Virus record (IMG/VR): IMGVR_UViG_3300045988_090152
Location: 1 to 29,263 of that record
Length of the DNA stretch: 29,263 nucleotides
Strand: one strand, 5' to 3'
Source of the DNA: a virus
Below are positions 27,536 to 29,263 of this stretch, in pieces. The notes under the pieces are model-generated. The model made no database searches. It was given only the letters and a program-made list of their open reading frames with translations, and was not told where the DNA came from. The stretch's first letter is position 1, and the number at the start of each line of letters is the position of its first letter. The position numbers and the translations under genes were made by a program.

Positions 27536-27962
27536 TGTTAATTGGATCTCCAAATTTAAACTGGACTTCATTATTCTGAATAGCTACAATAGTCTCAGGT
27601 TGATTTAATCCAAACATACTATTTATAGTCTTAATAATCTCATTTGCAGCTCTAATATCTCCCTTACTAATAGCAGTATCCAGTAATGATTCCAATCTTG
27701 ATAATTGTATATGTCTAAGATTTTTTATAAGGTTATCATTCTTTTCAGCAATTATCTTATAAGCTTCTCCAATATATCTTGCAGCCGTTGATTGGCTTAC
27801 ATTATATTTACTTTGAAGTTCTTCACTTACTTTATTCCTTGACCATCCTTTGTTAAATAACCTTGCAGCATAAAGATATTTAGTCTTTACTTCGTCTATT
27901 TGTTCCTTTTCTACCTCTGCCTTTTTCGGTCTCCCTACTTTCTTCTTTATTTGCTCCTTCAT
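27519..27962 (-). CDS. terS: terminase small subunit-like DNA-binding protein
   Basis: The track start at 27968 is a TTG; the first ATG is at 27962 (MKEQIKKKVGRPKK...). Basic N-terminus plus HTH-like WSRNKVSEELQSKYNVSQSTAARYI. Immediately upstream of terL. Confidence 0.6.
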   Translation of the reverse strand: MKEQIKKKVGRPKKAEVEKEQIDEVKTKYLYAARLFNKGWSRNKVSEELQSKYNVSQSTAARYIGEAYKIIAEKNDNLIKNLRHIQLSRLESLLDTAISKGDIRAANEIIKTINSMFGLNQPETIVAIQNNEVQFKFGDPINNDKNI

Positions 27963-28212
27963 CCTCAATAGTTTTTAGTTTTTCAACATATTCAAAGTAG
28001 TAAACTCCAAGTCTCTTTATAAGGTTAAGAACACAAGTTCCACAGTTTATATTCATTTTATATGGCTGCTCTATTAGTTCCTCATAAATAGCTCTCATCC
28101 TTTCAGTATCTTCTTTTTGGATGTTACGACAATAGTTAGCTCTAACAGCACATTTAAACCTATTATCGAATTTACTTAAATATTCATACTGTTCTTTTGT
28201 TAATTCTTTCAT
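27880..28212 (-). CDS. hypothetical Cys-rich protein (110 aa)
   Basis: ATG 28212. Cys at 21, 28, 57 and 60 (C-x6-C ... C-x2-C, possible zinc site). The last ~28 codons overlap terS out of frame and are low-complexity (EESRETEKGRGRKGTNRRSKD). Confidence 0.5.
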   Translation of the reverse strand: MKELTKEQYEYLSKFDNRFKCAVRANYCRNIQKEDTERMRAIYEELIEQPYKMNINCGTCVLNLIKRLGVYYFEYVEKLKTIEDEGANKEESRETEKGRGRKGTNRRSKD

Positions 28213-28234
28213 TTTTATTTAAAATATATTATTT

Positions 28235-28561
28235 TTAATCCAAGTATTTATAAACTATATCTATTAGTTTGGTAATCATATCTTTAATTAGAATCATACA
28301 ATCCTTTATAACTGGAGTCATAAATGCAATTAAAGCAATATATGCAATCATTAAGAAGCTTAATTGTCCAGTTACTAAGATATATAGTAAACTTGCCCAC
28401 CAAGTGCAGCATAGAGAACATCCAAATAAAGGTATAGACCAATCAGTATATTTAACTCCAGGATATAGTTTACTTCATACCCATCTATTTGCCTTGTCCA
28501 TAGCTCCAGATAAATCAATGCAGAAGACAAGAATAATAGCTATAAAAAGTATGCTTAACAT
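28235..28561 (-). CDS. integral membrane protein (108 aa, about 3 TM, one TGA-Trp), not in the ORF track
   Basis: Hand-translated MLSILFIAIILVFCIDLSGAMDKANRWV-W-SKLYPGVKYTDWSIPLFGCSLCCTWWASLLYILVTGQLSFLMIAYIALIAFMTPVIKDCMILIKDMITKLIDIVYKYLD. TGA 28475-28477, TAA 28235-28237. The ATG overlaps the upstream stop by 7 nt. The CxxC..WW membrane motif recalls DUF1360-type proteins (weak). Confidence 0.6.
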
Positions 28562-28800
28562 AATCTCTCTCTTATTTGTTTAATAAATCTCTGAATAGTC
28601 GTATGACTAATTCCCAGAATCTTCCCAACTTCTCTATAACTTCGATATTCAGCATATAAGATAATTATAGTCTTATCTGCTCTATTTAATGCCTCTCATT
28701 TCGGATAAATTGCAAGTAATCTATCATCCATCTCTGTAAAGGTATCTATTTCAAAGTTATACTCAATTAATAAATCATCAATATTAATCTTCTGCTTCAT
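28555..28800 (-). CDS. sigma-70 region-4-like HTH protein (81 aa, one TGA-Trp), not in the ORF track
   Basis: Hand-translated MKQKINIDDLLIEYNFEIDTFTEMDDRLLAIYPK-W-EALNRADKTIIILYAEYRSYREVGKILGISHTTIQRFIKQIRERLC. TGA 28696-28698, TAA 28555-28557. The pattern L...r.iiiL.....sY.EiakiLGiS..Ti is typical of sigma region 4 / LuxR-type HTH. Confidence 0.65.
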
Positions 28801-29092
28801 TTAACCAATCCTCTAAATTATCCGTTTGTTGTTCTAATGGCTCTTTAAATATTTCATAGTACTTTTTATATTGGTAATAGTATCTACTATTCTTAGAAAA
28901 CCAATTATTCTTAAATACTCTTGTAATCCAATACTTCAGCTCATTCTTACTATCTAATGACTGAAGCTTGGAATTAGATGTTTCCAGAAGTGCAATTAAA
29001 CACATCTGGAAACAATCGTCATCCATCCCAAATTTAACCTTTAGTTCTAAGCAGAATTCATAATATTTGGTAAGTATTTCATTATTCGTCAT
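28784..29092 (-). CDS. sigma-70 region-2-like protein (102 aa)
   Basis: Track ORF. DDDCFQMCLIALLE ... LKYWITRVFKNNWFSKNSR resembles ECF-type region 2 (AeD..Qe..i.l. ... .W...ia.N...d..R). Its 3' end overlaps the region-4-like ORF by 17 nt in another frame. Confidence 0.5.
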   Translation of the reverse strand: MTNNEILTKYYEFCLELKVKFGMDDDCFQMCLIALLETSNSKLQSLDSKNELKYWITRVFKNNWFSKNSRYYYQYKKYYEIFKEPLEQQTDNLEDWLNEAED

Positions 29093-29263
29093 TTCTTATA
29101 TAATTACTAAAAGTTGTGTCTATTTCTAATTTAATTGCTTTCTTTAAAGATAACTCTGTTTTTAAAGAGTATTTATATTCTCCTCCAAAATCAGTTGTAC
29201 TTCTTCCATATTTCATTGAATCTTTAATAAAAGCTCTTTTTACATCTTTATAAATATAAACTC
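29082..29263 (-). CDS. hypothetical protein, 3' part only (N-terminus beyond window edge)
   Basis: Open frame from the window edge: ...VYIYKDVKRAFIKDSMKYGRSTTDFGGEYKYSLKTELSLKKAIKLEIDTTFSNYIRNDE, TAA 29082-29084. Overlaps the next ATG (29092) by 11 nt. Confidence 0.4.
   Translation of the reverse strand, partial: VYIYKDVKRAFIKDSMKYGRSTTDFGGEYKYSLKTELSLKKAIKLEIDTTFSNYIRNDE

Noticed and set aside
28269-28583. Plus-strand 104-aa track ORF
   Set aside because: It lies antisense to a minus-strand membrane-protein gene (28235-28561) that fits the operon spacing exactly once TGA 28475 is read as Trp. The plus ORF has no promoter or neighbours on its strand.
28784-28800. Programmed +1 frameshift fusing the two sigma-like ORFs
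   Set aside because: I saw no recognisable +1 slippery or hungry-codon motif in the 17-nt overlap. The second ORF has its own ATG directly after an in-frame TAA. The idea is kept only as an alternative within the split-sigma finding.
1-29263. Interrupted genes explained as pseudogenes, sequencing errors, selenocysteine or occasional read-through
   Set aside because: Every interruption is TGA, never TAA/TAG and never a frameshift. There are 24 of them in essential genes. The contexts are aromatic rather than Cys-like, and no gene uses TGA as its final stop. That pattern indicates a codon reassignment, not decay or Sec.
1-29263. TGA decoded as Gly (table 25) or native table 4 from a Mollicutes host
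   Set aside because: The endolysin TGA columns correspond to aromatic/Trp positions (aromatic-DQLI, W-[VI]-H) as I recall the family, which argues against Gly. A peptidoglycan peptidase plus holin-like gene and Bacteroidota-type promoters argue against a wall-less host. Both points still need alignment-based confirmation.

Overview
AT-rich, almost gene-saturated segment of a tailed-phage (Caudoviricetes) genome. One long minus-strand unit runs from 29263 down to 3069. In order it carries a sigma-factor-like gene pair, small and large terminase, a chaperone-like gene with a candidate frameshift, and two very large tail/baseplate-type proteins. These are followed by a 777-aa tape-measure-like protein, a protease-scaffold-major-capsid block, a tail-tube-like gene, and a duplicated receptor-binding cassette (BspA/DUF285-type LRR proteins plus coiled-coil fibres). 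The unit ends with portal-like and connector-like genes, a lysis cassette and an HNH endonuclease. A short plus-strand unit (898-3055) encodes an SF2 helicase-like protein and three mini-ORFs. It is fed from a divergent promoter hub (about 530-750) whose three promoter copies match the Bacteroidota -33 TTTG / -7 TAnnTTTG consensus. Main result: the supplied standard-code ORF track fragments many genes. At least 24 in-frame TGA codons lie inside reading frames that continue in the same frame, so TGA is evidently a sense codon here (best fit Trp, translation table 4). TAA (mostly) and TAG terminate. Coordinates below are re-derived by hand under that reading. Other signals are a U9 slippery run followed by a 105-codon start-less -1 ORF, a 48-nt inverted-repeat element present three times at block boundaries, and a sigma factor split into two overlapping ORFs. 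I found no rRNA, tRNA, CRISPR array, integrase or transposase in this window. Functional calls rest on motif recognition from memory, not on searches.
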